Part shown: positions 20,202 through 30,163 of the stretch, one piece after another | Layout of the letters: each line of letters opens with the position of its first letter | Numbering within the stretch: the first letter of the stretch is position 1 | DNA from: Roseibacillus sp. | GTDB lineage: Bacteria > Verrucomicrobiota > Verrucomicrobiia > Verrucomicrobiales > Akkermansiaceae | NCBI GenBank assembly: GCA_051251855.1 | Contig: JBPOGI010000001.1 | Span: 992,001-1,056,000, forward strand | Direction of reading: 5' to 3' | DNA: 64,000 nucleotides | Position numbers and translations under genes: made by a program | The notes under the pieces: model-generated | Database searches by the model: none | Told to the model about the DNA's origin: nothing | Seen by the model: only the letters and a program-made list of their open reading frames with translations

Positions 20202-21719
20202 TTAGTAGCTCCGTCCCCACAAGGCACGTTGCCGAGTAGGCTCCCCAGTAAGCAAGCAAGGAGCCTCGGTAGCGCCGTCTTCGATGAGAGGAAGACAGCG
20301 AATCGATATTTTGTGTTTTTTGGAAAGTTCTTCTTCCTTCTCTCGGCTGCCATTCCAAGGAGTCAGCAACCAGCCGGGATTGTTATCTGAACTCCAATGG
20401 CTTTCGAAGACCTCCAAATCGTAACACTCCTGAGTGCCTTCATCGCGCAAGCTGGTAGCCCTTTGAAGGAGACCCTGATGAACGGCGTCCAAGTGGGTCT
20501 GGACTTCGCGAAGGAAGTCTTCTCGGTCGAGAAATTGTTTGTCGCGAATGGGTTGGTCACGGCGTTGTAGACAGACCTTCTGCCCTTCAAGGTCGCGCGG
20601 TCCGATTTCGATGCGAAGAGGTACTCCTTTCTTGACCCATTCCCACTTCTTTTGACCACCGCCCATATCGCGGTCATCAACGTGAACGCGCAGGGGTTGT
20701 CCGTGGAAGGTCTGAGCTCCGAGAGTGGCTGCGAGGGCCTCACAAGAATCCAAGATAGCTTGGCGGGAATCTTCTTTGGGCGTGACGGGAATGATGACAA
20801 TTTGTTTAGGAGCCACGCGTGGGGGCAGAACGAGACCATCATCATCTGAATGCGCCATGATGAGGGTTCCGATGAGTCGGGTAGATACGCCCCAAGAAGT
20901 TGTGTATGCGAACTGCTTCTGATTCTCGCGATCGACGAAGCTGATGTCTTGAGCCTGCGAAAAATTCTGCCCCATGAAGTGAGAAGTTCCGGCCTGAATG
21001 GCTTTGCGGTCTTGCACCATAGCTTCAACGGTAAGGGTCATTTCGGCACCAGGGAAACGCTCAGCTTCGGTCTTTTCCCCCATCACTACAGGAATGGCGA
21101 GAATGTCGCGGAGGAAGTCGGAGTAGAGTTGGTGAATGGAGCTCGCTTCGGTGACGGCTTCGGTGGCGGTTTCGTGAGCGGTGTGTCCTTCTTGCCAAAG
21201 GAATTCAGCGGTGCGCAGGAAGAGGCGAGGGCGCATTTCCCAGCGCATGACGTTTGCCCATTGGTTGATGAGCAGAGGAAGGTCGCGATAGCTCTCGACC
21301 CAGCGTGAAAAGGCAGCCCCAATGATGGTCTCGGATGTGGGGCGAATGACGTAAGGTTCGGTGAGCTTTCCAGCGGGAACCATAGTTGTTTTTCCACTTT
21401 CGGGATCCTTCTGAGCTTCGAGGCGATGATGGGTGACCACAGCGCACTCGGTAGCAAAGCCTTCGGCATGCTCGGCCTCTTTTTCTAAGTAGGAAAGAGG
21501 AATAAGGAGAGGGAAATAGGCGTTTTCGTGGCCAGTGGCTTTGAAGCGGGCGTCGAGATCGTTTTGAATAAGCTCCCAGATTCCGTAGCCCCACGGTTTG
21601 ATCACCATGCACCCGCGGGTTTCCGAGTTCTCGGCCATATCGGCACCTTTGATGACTTGCTGATACCATTCGGGAAAGTCGTCGCTACGAATGGGAGTGA
21701 TTGCGGTTTTGTCAGCCAT
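20202..21719 (-). CDS. proS: Proline--tRNA ligase (archaeal/eukaryotic-like type)
   Basis: DFPEWYQQVI, IRPTSET, QWANVMRWEMRPRLFLRTAEFLWQEGHT, QAGTSHFMGQNFS, TSWGVSTR, C-terminal GRSY. Confidence 0.97.
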   Translation of the reverse strand: MADKTAITPIRSDDFPEWYQQVIKGADMAENSETRGCMVIKPWGYGIWELIQNDLDARFKATGHENAYFPLLIPLSYLEKEAEHAEGFATECAVVTHHRLEAQKDPESGKTTMVPAGKLTEPYVIRPTSETIIGAAFSRWVESYRDLPLLINQWANVMRWEMRPRLFLRTAEFLWQEGHTAHETATEAVTEASSIHQLYSDFLRDILAIPVVMGEKTEAERFPGAEMTLTVEAMVQDRKAIQAGTSHFMGQNFSQAQDISFVDRENQKQFAYTTSWGVSTRLIGTLIMAHSDDDGLVLPPRVAPKQIVIIPVTPKEDSRQAILDSCEALAATLGAQTFHGQPLRVHVDDRDMGGGQKKWEWVKKGVPLRIEIGPRDLEGQKVCLQRRDQPIRDKQFLDREDFLREVQTHLDAVHQGLLQRATSLRDEGTQECYDLEVFESHWSSDNNPGWLLTPWNGSREKEEELSKKHKISIRCLPLIEDGATEAPCLLTGEPTRQRALWGRSY

Positions 21720-21776
21720 GTTGTTAATACGATGCGTTAGGATGTTTGAGCGTAAAATGCAATAGGTTCGATTGCC

Positions 21777-22463
21777 CTAGCGAATCCAAGAGCCGTTGAC
21801 CTGAGGCATTCTTCCAAAACTGAGGTGTGAGTAGTCGGTCTTGCCCTTGGCTCCGACCAGGGTAACTCCGGTGGCACGCTTCCAATAGGCTGACATCGAT
21901 TCGCCGGTGTGGCATCCGTAGGACTGGCAAAGAGCATTGGAGCTGAAGACGCTCCCTTTGATGCGCCCGAGTTCAGTTTCATGAATCCACGATTTACAGG
22001 AAGCCATGATTTCGTTGCTATAATCGAGGAGGAAACAATGTTTGTTGGAGTGGCCAAAGAAGTCGAAGTTGGACACTGAACCTCTGGGCAAGGCATTCAT
22101 GTTCCGGAAAAAGTCGGCACTTGAGTTGAGCCAGATGAGCTTGGCGCGCCGCTTGGTCGCTTGTTCGGTGATCCAAGTGACGTAGGGCTTTCCCTCTTCA
22201 CGCCCACGAGTGACGTAGCCTGGTTTATAGACCATCCAGACAACTTTGGTATTCTCGCCGTAGGCTTTCTGGAGAATGTCCATGCGCATAGTGGAAGCGC
22301 GCACAAAGTTAGCCCACCAGCGGTCGTGCTGGTCGGGGCCAACTCGAAGCTCTTCCCAACTGCGCAGAGCAGGGCCGCCACAGAGAATGACATGAACCTG
22401 CTGAGCCGTAGCAGCCAGTTGGCTGAAGGAGAGGAAAAGGAGGATAGCCGCAAGCGTCTTCAT
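21777..22463 (-). CDS. Secreted hypothetical protein, possible caspase-fold (CD clan) His-Cys hydrolase
   Basis: Signal peptide; FDFFGHSN and CQSYGCHTG motifs. Confidence 0.6.
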   Translation of the reverse strand: MKTLAAILLFLSFSQLAATAQQVHVILCGGPALRSWEELRVGPDQHDRWWANFVRASTMRMDILQKAYGENTKVVWMVYKPGYVTRGREEGKPYVTWITEQATKRRAKLIWLNSSADFFRNMNALPRGSVSNFDFFGHSNKHCFLLDYSNEIMASCKSWIHETELGRIKGSVFSSNALCQSYGCHTGESMSAYWKRATGVTLVGAKGKTDYSHLSFGRMPQVNGSWIR

Positions 22464-22469
22464 GGCGTG

Positions 22470-22498
22470 ATCCTAGCGAAGGAGAAGGGGGGGACCAA
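22470..22498 (-). promoter_or_regulatory. Putative promoter giving a leaderless mRNA
   Basis: TTGGTC-17 nt-TAGGAT, then 6 nt to the ATG at 22463; no room for a Shine-Dalgarno. Confidence 0.5.
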
Positions 22499-22607
22499 GC
22501 GAAGAGTGTGACTGAGAATGGGAACTTTTCGGTTCGGGCGCGGTATCAATCAGCTTTGCAAAGAAACTCTCGATAAAAAGTAAGAGACATCTTAGCGCAA
22601 GCAGTGG

Positions 22608-22874
22608 TTATGGTTTTTGGGCACCGTAAGCGAATCCAATAGTGGCCGCTTCAAGAGGCTCCTCGGAATGATCAGAGAGGGACTCGAGAACAGCTTGGAC
22701 ACGGGTTTTCCCTGAGGGAGGATTTTGCATGGCTTGCAGAGCGCTCATGAAGGCAGGATGCCGGAAATCGGCCTCGCCCTCCATCCGATCAAGACGGTCT
22801 AGAAACGAGGCGATATCGATGAGCTTTGCACGCGAATCCATGAAATAGAGGTCTTGTGTTTCTTTTTTAGTCAT
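22608..22874 (-). CDS. Small helical hypothetical protein
   Basis: 88-aa ATG ORF downstream of the S41 protease with natural-looking composition (FMDSRAKLIDIASFLDRLDR). Confidence 0.7.
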   Translation of the reverse strand: MTKKETQDLYFMDSRAKLIDIASFLDRLDRMEGEADFRHPAFMSALQAMQNPPSGKTRVQAVLESLSDHSEEPLEAATIGFAYGAQKP

Positions 22875-22920
22875 AGGGAATCTTTGATGAGATTGAATGA
22901 GGAATCAAGGAGAAGCATTA

Positions 22921-24174
22921 TTACTCAGAAGGTTTTTGAAGGTGTTCTATAGCGGCCTTGAGCACGGGATCGGTCCATTTCTTGAGGATGTCCTGTGTCT
23001 CAGGGGGAGCCGTGAGCCGTGTTTTAAAGCGTTCAAAATTCGAGAGGTCTACTTCAGAAATCGCGATAGCAATATCGGGGTCAACCCCAACTTCATGGGG
23101 AGTGCGGCCTGAAGGGGTGTGATAAGTGGCAAAGGTGAGGCGAAGCGCGGTGCCTCCATCGCGGCTGGTGATGTTCTGAACGGAACCTTTTCCAAAGGAG
23201 GTCTCTCCAATCAAAGTGGCCCGTTCGAGGTCTTGTAAAGCGGCTCCCACGAGTTCGGAGGCGCTCGCTGAGTTGCGGTCGAGAAGAACGACAAGAGGGT
23301 ATTCACGTTTTACGCGCTGGCGCTCCGCAGTCTTGAGCGCAGGTTGCTGGGCACTAGGCGAACGGCCTTGTGTCGTCACCACTTCAGTGTTGGGTGGAAG
23401 GAAAAGGCTGAGGATGTCGACAGAAATATTGAGGAGGCCTCCGGGGTTTCCGCGAAGGTCAAGAATGAGGGCGTTCATTCCTTGGTCCTCCATTTCGTCA
23501 AGGGCAGCTTCCAATTCGCGGGCCGCGGTCGCGGTGAATTGGGTCAAGCGGGTGTAGCCAATTTCGGGAGCTCCATATTGGTTTAGAAGAAAGGCATCAG
23601 GGAGGGCTGCTTGCTTGATGACTGCATGAAGGAGGTCAACGGTGATCTCTCGTCGAGCGCTCTTTCGGTAAATCGTGAGCTGGAGGCTTTGACCCGGTTG
23701 ACCCATGAGAGTTTTGGTTGCCTCGGGCAGGTCGAGTTCGGTGAGGTCTTGTTCATCTACTCTGAGGAGAGTGTCGCCTTGCCTGAGGCCCGCGCGTTCG
23801 GCAGGGGAGTGGGCTCGAACGCTTCCCAGATAGACTTTGCCATCGCGTTTGCTGAGACTCATACCAAGGCTATGAACCGCAAATTGCTCTTCGATAGCGG
23901 GTCCATCAAAGTCCATGTGTTGAACCGTTTCGGGATGATAGAAGGCAGTAAAGGTATCGAGAGAGTCGAGCATTCCTTCCAAGGCATGATTTACAAGACG
24001 CTCGTAACTCACCTTGTCGGCATCGGGATGATTGCTACGAACTTCTTCTAGAATTTTGATGAATCGTTCGACGTGTTGATAGCCGTCACCGTCATCGGGG
24101 AGAGAAGTGATTTCACCTTCCTGAGCAGCGAGGCAGACGCTGAAGAGAAGGGAAGTCGTAAGGAGGTTTCGCAT
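22921..24174 (-). CDS. S41 family C-terminal processing peptidase (CtpA/Prc-like) with PDZ domain
   Basis: LILDLRGNPGGLL, SASASELVGAALQD, GETSFGKGSVQ; likely start ATG 24174 (MRNLLTTSLLF signal peptide). Confidence 0.93.
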   Translation of the reverse strand: MRNLLTTSLLFSVCLAAQEGEITSLPDDGDGYQHVERFIKILEEVRSNHPDADKVSYERLVNHALEGMLDSLDTFTAFYHPETVQHMDFDGPAIEEQFAVHSLGMSLSKRDGKVYLGSVRAHSPAERAGLRQGDTLLRVDEQDLTELDLPEATKTLMGQPGQSLQLTIYRKSARREITVDLLHAVIKQAALPDAFLLNQYGAPEIGYTRLTQFTATAARELEAALDEMEDQGMNALILDLRGNPGGLLNISVDILSLFLPPNTEVVTTQGRSPSAQQPALKTAERQRVKREYPLVVLLDRNSASASELVGAALQDLERATLIGETSFGKGSVQNITSRDGGTALRLTFATYHTPSGRTPHEVGVDPDIAIAISEVDLSNFERFKTRLTAPPETQDILKKWTDPVLKAAIEHLQKPSE

Positions 24175-24432
24175 AGCTGAGCCTTTCGAATCTGGAGCAT
24201 GGAGTCCAGACATCTCATGAGGAGGACGCTGGCGAAATTTTCGAGTAAGAAGGGCTGATTGAGCGATCTGGTGAACACGATATTGTCAAAAAATACTCTT
24301 GAGGTGACTGTAAGTAACTCCCAGTAAGAGTGATATTGATATTTTAATTTTGCGGGAAAGTGAGACCCCAGTGTTGGCATGAGGTGGTCTCCACGATAGT
24401 ATTCGGGCTTCGAGTGATAGCGTTGGCTGCAT

Positions 24433-26106
24433 TTGAAACAAACCAAACCGATTTTGGAATTTTTCGATAAGATTAAGCGAGAGCGTCTAGCACGACGCGG
24501 ATTGTCTTCGGGTAAGAAGCGACGAACCCAAGAGGATCGTCATGTGACGGAGTCTCTCGAAAGTAGCTTGGGACTTCGGATTGGCCTCTATGGTGTTCTG
24601 GCTCTGATCGCGGGCTGGCTAGTGACGACCGTGCCGGGTGGCACCTTTGAGGGCGAGATGGTTGCTGGCTGGACGGTGACTCTGGTGATTCTCGCTGCGG
24701 CTATTCTCATCTTTCACTTTAACTACCCGACGACCTCTGGCCGCAGCAGTAAGACCTTTTTGGTTATTGGTGGACTGCTTGCTGAGCTCTTTCTCATTCG
24801 AGGCGTGATGGCGATGGACCCAGCCCATGAGATGTTGGTGCTTCCGGTGGCTTTGATCCCCATTTTTCACTCGGTTCTCATGGGCCAGCGAATTGGAACG
24901 TTCTCGGCAATTTTCACCTCAATTCTGGGGGCATTGCTAATGGAACCAGGAAAGGCGATGCAGTTCTTAGCTTTTTCTCTGGTGGCGAGTTACACTGGCG
25001 TGCTGGTTACAAGACGCGTTAAAAAGCGGGGGCGTTTACTGAGAGCAGGCTTCTATGTGGGAATCGTGAGCGTGCTGCTTGGGGTCCTCTTTGGCGAAAT
25101 TAGTGTTTCTGGCTTATGGGGTGGCCAAGAGGCCTGTCAAACATGCTTAGCCCAACTGGGAATGTCTTTTGGAATGGGTCTGTTAACGGGAATGGCAGTC
25201 AGTGCAGTGTTGCCCATTCTGGAGGGTGTCTTTCTCGTCACCACGGAAATCAGCTGGCTGGAGATGAGTGATCTCAACCATAAGCTTCTCAAGCGGATGC
25301 AACTGGAAGCTCCTGGCACCTTTCACCACAGTCTGATGGTCGCCCAACTCGCGGAAGCCGCAGCAGAAGCAGTCGGAGCGAACTCGTCGATGTGCCGAGT
25401 TTGCGCCTACTTCCATGACATTGGCAAGCTGAAGAAGCCTCTCTACTTTGTGGAGAATCAGTCGGAAGGGAATCCCCATGATGACCTGACCCCGACAATG
25501 AGCGCGCTCGTGATTGTGGCCCACGTAAAGGACGGGGTCGACATGGCGATTAAGGAGAAGCTTGCTCCAGAGATCATCGATGTCATTCAAGAGCATCATG
25601 GTGATTCTCTGGTCTATTACTTCTACCGGAAAGCTCAGGAACAACAGAGTAAGGAGGAAGGTGAAGTCGAAGACGGTCAAATTTCTGATGAAGAGGTGGT
25701 GGAAGTCGATCGCAAAAATTTCAGTTATCCCGGGCCGGTGCCGCAGTCTCGCGAAAGTGGAATTATCTCTCTGGCTGACGCAGTGGAAAGTGCCTCACGT
25801 AGTCTAGAAAAGCCCAATCCAACAAAGATTCGCACCTTAGTAGACGACATCGTATTGGGTCGAATTAAGGATGGTCAGCTCGATGACTGCGGTTTGACTC
25901 TGAACGATGTGAAGGTGATTCGAGAGGTGTTTTCAAAAACACTTCGCAGTATGCTTCACACTCGCATCGCATATCCTGAGGAGAAAAAGAAGAAGGCTAA
26001 GAAGTCAGCCAAGAAAGAGGGCTCCAAGACCAAGTCCAAGGACGAAGCGAAGAACGTGGTTCCGGTCGAGGAACTGGAGCGTCAGCGCAAAGCCGGAGGC
26101 AAGTAA
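24433..26106 (+). CDS. 7TM-HD (HDIG) phosphohydrolase, PgpH-like
   Basis: Multiple TM helices then EAPGTFHHS, AYFHDIGK, YFVENQ, HVKDG, EHHG, YPGPVPQSRE, LADAVESASR. Confidence 0.9.
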   Translation: MKQTKPILEFFDKIKRERLARRGLSSGKKRRTQEDRHVTESLESSLGLRIGLYGVLALIAGWLVTTVPGGTFEGEMVAGWTVTLVILAAAILIFHFNYPTTSGRSSKTFLVIGGLLAELFLIRGVMAMDPAHEMLVLPVALIPIFHSVLMGQRIGTFSAIFTSILGALLMEPGKAMQFLAFSLVASYTGVLVTRRVKKRGRLLRAGFYVGIVSVLLGVLFGEISVSGLWGGQEACQTCLAQLGMSFGMGLLTGMAVSAVLPILEGVFLVTTEISWLEMSDLNHKLLKRMQLEAPGTFHHSLMVAQLAEAAAEAVGANSSMCRVCAYFHDIGKLKKPLYFVENQSEGNPHDDLTPTMSALVIVAHVKDGVDMAIKEKLAPEIIDVIQEHHGDSLVYYFYRKAQEQQSKEEGEVEDGQISDEEVVEVDRKNFSYPGPVPQSRESGIISLADAVESASRSLEKPNPTKIRTLVDDIVLGRIKDGQLDDCGLTLNDVKVIREVFSKTLRSMLHTRIAYPEEKKKKAKKSAKKEGSKTKSKDEAKNVVPVEELERQRKAGGK

Positions 26107-26546
26107 TGGCAGAACCGGAGGCAGAGCTGTTTGTGCACTACGCAGGCGGTTTAAATGAGGAAGATCTTGCTTGGTTGAGTGCGCAGCTGGGGCCTGTTCT
26201 TAAAGAGGTCATCGGCAATCACCCCGGAACTGGATTAGAGGAACTTGAGGAACTGGAGTTCTCTCTTGTTGATGACGCTACGCTCGCCGAAGTGCACGGC
26301 GACTTTCTCGATGACCCCACCGTGACGGATGTGATCACTTTTCCTCATGGCGAGATTCTGGTCAGCGTGGAAATGGCGGCTCGCCGTGCGGAAGAGTTTG
26401 GTAAGGGACTGCGAGGGGAGACCTTCCTCTACCTTATCCATGGTATTCTCCATCTGGCTGGTCTCGACGATCGCAGTAAGGAAGATGCTGCCGTCATGGC
26501 CAAGGAGCAGGAGCGGGTTTGGTCCAAATTTTACCAAGCAAGCTAA
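26106..26546 (+). CDS. ybeY: rRNA maturation endoribonuclease YbeY
   Basis: TDVITF and YLIHGILHLAGLDD (third His of HxxxHxxGxDH replaced by D); overlaps the stop of the HD gene. Confidence 0.88.
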   Translation: MAEPEAELFVHYAGGLNEEDLAWLSAQLGPVLKEVIGNHPGTGLEELEELEFSLVDDATLAEVHGDFLDDPTVTDVITFPHGEILVSVEMAARRAEEFGKGLRGETFLYLIHGILHLAGLDDRSKEDAAVMAKEQERVWSKFYQAS

Positions 26547-26596
26547 AGAGCTCGGATGTGAACTAATGTTTCCGGAGCTGCAGGCCCTTTAGGGTG

Positions 26597-26866
26597 CTAA
26601 ATCCCCATTCTCCCCAGAGCATAGGCAATGCGACGGAGAAGGCCTTCGGCCTTGGGGTGCTGAACGGCGAAGTCAGTGGCTGTCTCTTCGATTTGAGAAA
26701 TGACTTTCTCGGGAATCGTCTCTTCTTGGTTATCTTTATCCAAAAGGTCTTCGATTCGCTTCTCGAGCTTACTGAGTTCTTCACGAGTAGTGTCATCTAC
26801 TTCATCAAGATTTTGAAGGTCACGGCGGAGTTGGGTGATTTCCTCTTGCAGGTTTTCGTTGCTCAT
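26597..26866 (-). CDS. DUF4404-like small protein
   Basis: LQEEITQLRRDL...FAVQHPKAEGLLRRIAYALGRMGI, with the typical F-x-x-x-HP and C-terminal MGI. Confidence 0.8.
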   Translation of the reverse strand: MSNENLQEEITQLRRDLQNLDEVDDTTREELSKLEKRIEDLLDKDNQEETIPEKVISQIEETATDFAVQHPKAEGLLRRIAYALGRMGI

Positions 26867-26986
26867 CGTGCAAGGATGATACAGCGGGCTACGGGGGCTT
26901 TGCCAAGCGTGGACTTGTTCCGGAACGCCTTTTTCAACGCCGTCAGCATCCGAAAAGACCTTGCATCAAGGGGACTTCCTTGGCAT

Positions 26987-27021
26987 GGCGCATCTCCCGA
27001 CAATGTGGCGGGAGATGCGTT
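26987..27021 (+). promoter_or_regulatory. RBS-sequestering hairpin in the SulP 5' region
   Basis: CGCATCTCCCG-ACAATGTGG-CGGGAGATGCG, a perfect 11-bp stem containing GGGAG, ending 2 nt before GTG 27022. Confidence 0.6.
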
Positions 27022-28551
27022 GTGAATAAGAAGTCGATCAAAGAAGAGTGGTTTTCGAATGTGAAGGCCGATATCCTTGCAGGGCTCGTGGTGGCGCTCG
27101 CGCTGATTCCCGAGGCCATTGCTTTCTCACTTTTGGCCGGAGTCGATCCGAAGGTTGGGCTCTATGCCTCCTTTATTATCGCGGTTATTATCTCTTTCAT
27201 TGGCGGACGTCCTGCGATGATTTCGGCTGCGACGGGCGCGATGGCGTTATTGTTCAAGCCCCTTATTGTCGAATATGGTCGCGTGGAGGGACTTCAGTTG
27301 GTTCTGGCAGCGACCGTTCTCACTGGCATCATTCAGTTTGTCTTGGGCTGTTTCAACATTGCAAAGGTGATGCGGTTTGTTTCCAAAGCGGTCATGACGG
27401 GCTTTGTCAACGCCTTGGCGATTGTCATCTTCATGGCTCAATTGCCGGAACTCGGCTATGGAAAATTACTGGATGACGGACCACCGGTGACTCCAATGGC
27501 TTGGGTGTTTGTCGCGGGTGGCCTCGCCATCATTTATCTTTTGCCTCGTCTGACGAAAGCGGTGCCTTCGCCACTTGTCTGTATCATTGTGCTGACTGCG
27601 GTTGCTCATTTCTTTAAGTTGGATGTCAGGACTGTGGCTCATCTCGGCGAGTTGCCGAGTTCCTTGCCGGTGTTTGCCCTGCCAGAGTTTGCCGCCAAGT
27701 GGACCTTCCTTGAGGTCTTAAAAGTAATTCTTCCGGTCAGCTTGGGTCTGGTCGCGGTAGGTCTCCTCGAGTCGTTGATGACTGCTCAGATCGTGGATGA
27801 TTTCACCGATACTCCGTCGGATAAAAATAAGGAGGCTCGGGGTCAGGGGATCGCGAACTTCGTGACTGGATTCTTCGGAGGAATGGCCGGCTGTGCCATG
27901 ATTGGTCAATCTGTGATTAACGTGAAGTCAGGGGGGCGGACCCGACTTTCTACCTTTCTGGCTGGAGCGGTGCTGATTGTTCTTTGTATCGCGCTCAAGG
28001 ACTTGGTCGGAATGATTCCCATGCCGGCGTTGGTGGCGGTGATGATTATGGTTTCCATTGGAACGTTCAACTGGGGTTCCTTCAAGAACTTGCTCGTTCA
28101 TCCTGCGACCACCAGCATTGTGATGCTCGCAACGGTGGGGACTGTTCTCTATACCCACAATTTGGCGATTGGAGTGGGCGTGGGTGTCCTGCTGGCCGCT
28201 ATCTTCTTTGCACGCAAGGTGGCTCAACTCATCGCGGTGGAGAGTGAACTCGATGCGGCAGGCGAGTGCCGGACTTACCGCGTTTCAGGGCAGTTGTTCT
28301 TTGCTTCCTCCGATAGCTTTGTGGACTTCTTTGACTTTAAGGAGGTGGTCTCCAAGGTGGTGATTGATGTTTCTGAGGCTCACTTTTGGGACCTGACTTC
28401 GGTAGGCGCTTTGGACAAAGTGGTTTTCAAGTTCCGCCGTGAGGGCGCGGAAGTGGAAGTTCTGGGAATGAATGAAGCCAGTGCAACCATTGTAGGTAAG
28501 CTGGGAACTCACGATAAAGAAGGGGCCACAGGAGAGCCCGGTGGTCATTGA
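27022..28551 (+). CDS. SulP/SLC26 inorganic anion transporter with STAS domain
   Basis: [56 protein letters not shown]; likely start GTG 27022. Confidence 0.95.
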   Translation: MNKKSIKEEWFSNVKADILAGLVVALALIPEAIAFSLLAGVDPKVGLYASFIIAVIISFIGGRPAMISAATGAMALLFKPLIVEYGRVEGLQLVLAATVLTGIIQFVLGCFNIAKVMRFVSKAVMTGFVNALAIVIFMAQLPELGYGKLLDDGPPVTPMAWVFVAGGLAIIYLLPRLTKAVPSPLVCIIVLTAVAHFFKLDVRTVAHLGELPSSLPVFALPEFAAKWTFLEVLKVILPVSLGLVAVGLLESLMTAQIVDDFTDTPSDKNKEARGQGIANFVTGFFGGMAGCAMIGQSVINVKSGGRTRLSTFLAGAVLIVLCIALKDLVGMIPMPALVAVMIMVSIGTFNWGSFKNLLVHPATTSIVMLATVGTVLYTHNLAIGVGVGVLLAAIFFARKVAQLIAVESELDAAGECRTYRVSGQLFFASSDSFVDFFDFKEVVSKVVIDVSEAHFWDLTSVGALDKVVFKFRREGAEVEVLGMNEASATIVGKLGTHDKEGATGEPGGH

Positions 28552-28587
28552 TTCCCTTTTTTCGAAAAACACGTTAACGTTCTCATT

Positions 28588-29439
28588 ATGAAACCAATTC
28601 TTGCCTGCACTGATGGTTCCCAATATTCGCCCAGTATCTATGACCATGCCGCTTGGGCTGCGCAAAAGGCCGGGACGGCGGTGCGTGTTTTGCATGTTCT
28701 TGAAAGAGAAGAGAGCACTCGAGGCCGAGACTTAACGGGTAGCCTTGGGTTCGATGCTGGGGCTGAATTGATGGAGGAGTTGGTGCAACTTGACGAAGCT
28801 CATGCTCGAGTAGCGCGGTTGCGTGGAAAAGCGGTTTTGGAAGACGCTAAGAAGCAACTTACGGAGCGGGGAGTGCAATCGGTAGAGGCCTTGCAGCGGC
28901 ACGGGGCGCTGGTAGACACCGTGGAAGAGTTTGAAGATGATGCGGAACTGGTCGTGCTCGGGAAGCGTGGTGAGCATGCGGATTTTGCCAAGGGGCACCT
29001 TGGAAGTAACCTGGAGCGAGTCGTGCGGACTGCAAAGATCCCTGTGATGGTGGCTTCGCGGGCCTTTCATCCCATTGAGTCTTTCCTAATAGCTTTTGAT
29101 GGGGGCGCGAGCGCGCTCAAGGCAGTCCACTATGCGGCATCGAATCCTCTCTTGAAGGGGTTGAAGTGTCACTTGATTGCGGTTGGAAAACTAGGGAGCG
29201 AAGTGGAACGTGAGCTGGAAGGTGCCGCTACGGGCTTAAAGGGTGCTGGTTTCGAGGTCGAATCTGAACTACTTCAAGGAGACGTTGAAGACATCATCAC
29301 CCGCGAAGTAGAGGCTAGAAACGCAGGCTTGTTAGTGATGGGTGCTTATGGGCATTCACGAATTCGACGCATGGTCATCGGTAGTACGACGGCGCAACTT
29401 GTGCGTGATTGCCATGTTCCTGTGCTGATGTTCCGTTAG
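28588..29439 (+). CDS. Universal stress protein (tandem USP domains)
   Basis: ILACTDGS, LVVLGKRG...LGSNLERVVR, AFDGG, LLVMGAYGHSR...IGSTT. Confidence 0.95.
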   Translation: MKPILACTDGSQYSPSIYDHAAWAAQKAGTAVRVLHVLEREESTRGRDLTGSLGFDAGAELMEELVQLDEAHARVARLRGKAVLEDAKKQLTERGVQSVEALQRHGALVDTVEEFEDDAELVVLGKRGEHADFAKGHLGSNLERVVRTAKIPVMVASRAFHPIESFLIAFDGGASALKAVHYAASNPLLKGLKCHLIAVGKLGSEVERELEGAATGLKGAGFEVESELLQGDVEDIITREVEARNAGLLVMGAYGHSRIRRMVIGSTTAQLVRDCHVPVLMFR

Positions 29440-29509
29440 GAATGTAAATTGGCGTTGGTTCTTCTTTGTAAATTTTGGGTTTGAGTGTGCATCCAATGAA
29501 GATCCCGAA

Positions 29510-30058
29510 ATGAGGATTCTGATTGCTCTCACGGGGTTGGGTTTGCTCACGCTTCTCTTGAGGCGGATCCCCGAGTCCACGTTTCTGATGTTTAGTTCTC
29601 CTTCGAATAGGACGTTTACTCTCTCACGAACAGGAGTCTCCGTTGGAGCAAAGCCTCAAGTTTTTGAGAACAATGGGATTAACCAACTACGACCTTTTGT
29701 TGAGCGTCTCAATACCTTTTCTGAAGAGTTTCAGTCGGTCCACATATTTACTCTGGATGGTGAACGTGGGTTAGGCCTGGATTCGCAGGACGGTGTGATT
29801 TCGGTAGGCTTTACTGTGGAATGGAGACAGGAAACGGAACGGGAGGATGCCATTCGAGAGTTTTTAAAGGTAAGGGATTATAAGCCATCGAGCGACTATC
29901 TGGCTGCAAATGGTGACGTTCCAGATGCTACTCGGGTTCTGGACTATGAAATTGCCGGCACCACTGAAGAACTCACCGAACTGTTGAGAACTCTCTTACA
30001 GGACATCTACGGTATTCAGCCGAACGAGGCGATTTCGGTATTGTATGAGCCTCGCTGA
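29510..30058 (+). CDS. Hypothetical protein with N-terminal membrane anchor
   Basis: 182-aa ATG ORF, hydrophobic N-terminus, no recognised motif. Confidence 0.6.
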   Translation: MRILIALTGLGLLTLLLRRIPESTFLMFSSPSNRTFTLSRTGVSVGAKPQVFENNGINQLRPFVERLNTFSEEFQSVHIFTLDGERGLGLDSQDGVISVGFTVEWRQETEREDAIREFLKVRDYKPSSDYLAANGDVPDATRVLDYEIAGTTEELTELLRTLLQDIYGIQPNEAISVLYEPR

Positions 30059-30163
30059 GCCTTCTGCTGGCAGCTGCCCGCAAGGTTCAAGGTGAGGAAC
30101 TCTCGAAGATGGACGGGAACCTACAAAGGGAGAAAGTGTATCCTCGACCATAGCGAGGCTAGT

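Noticed and set aside
24214..24432. c-di-AMP riboswitch upstream of the HD phosphohydrolase
   Set aside because: Only weak hairpins (GAGACC/GGTCTC, ACTCTT/AAGAGT); ydaO consensus elements were not recognisable
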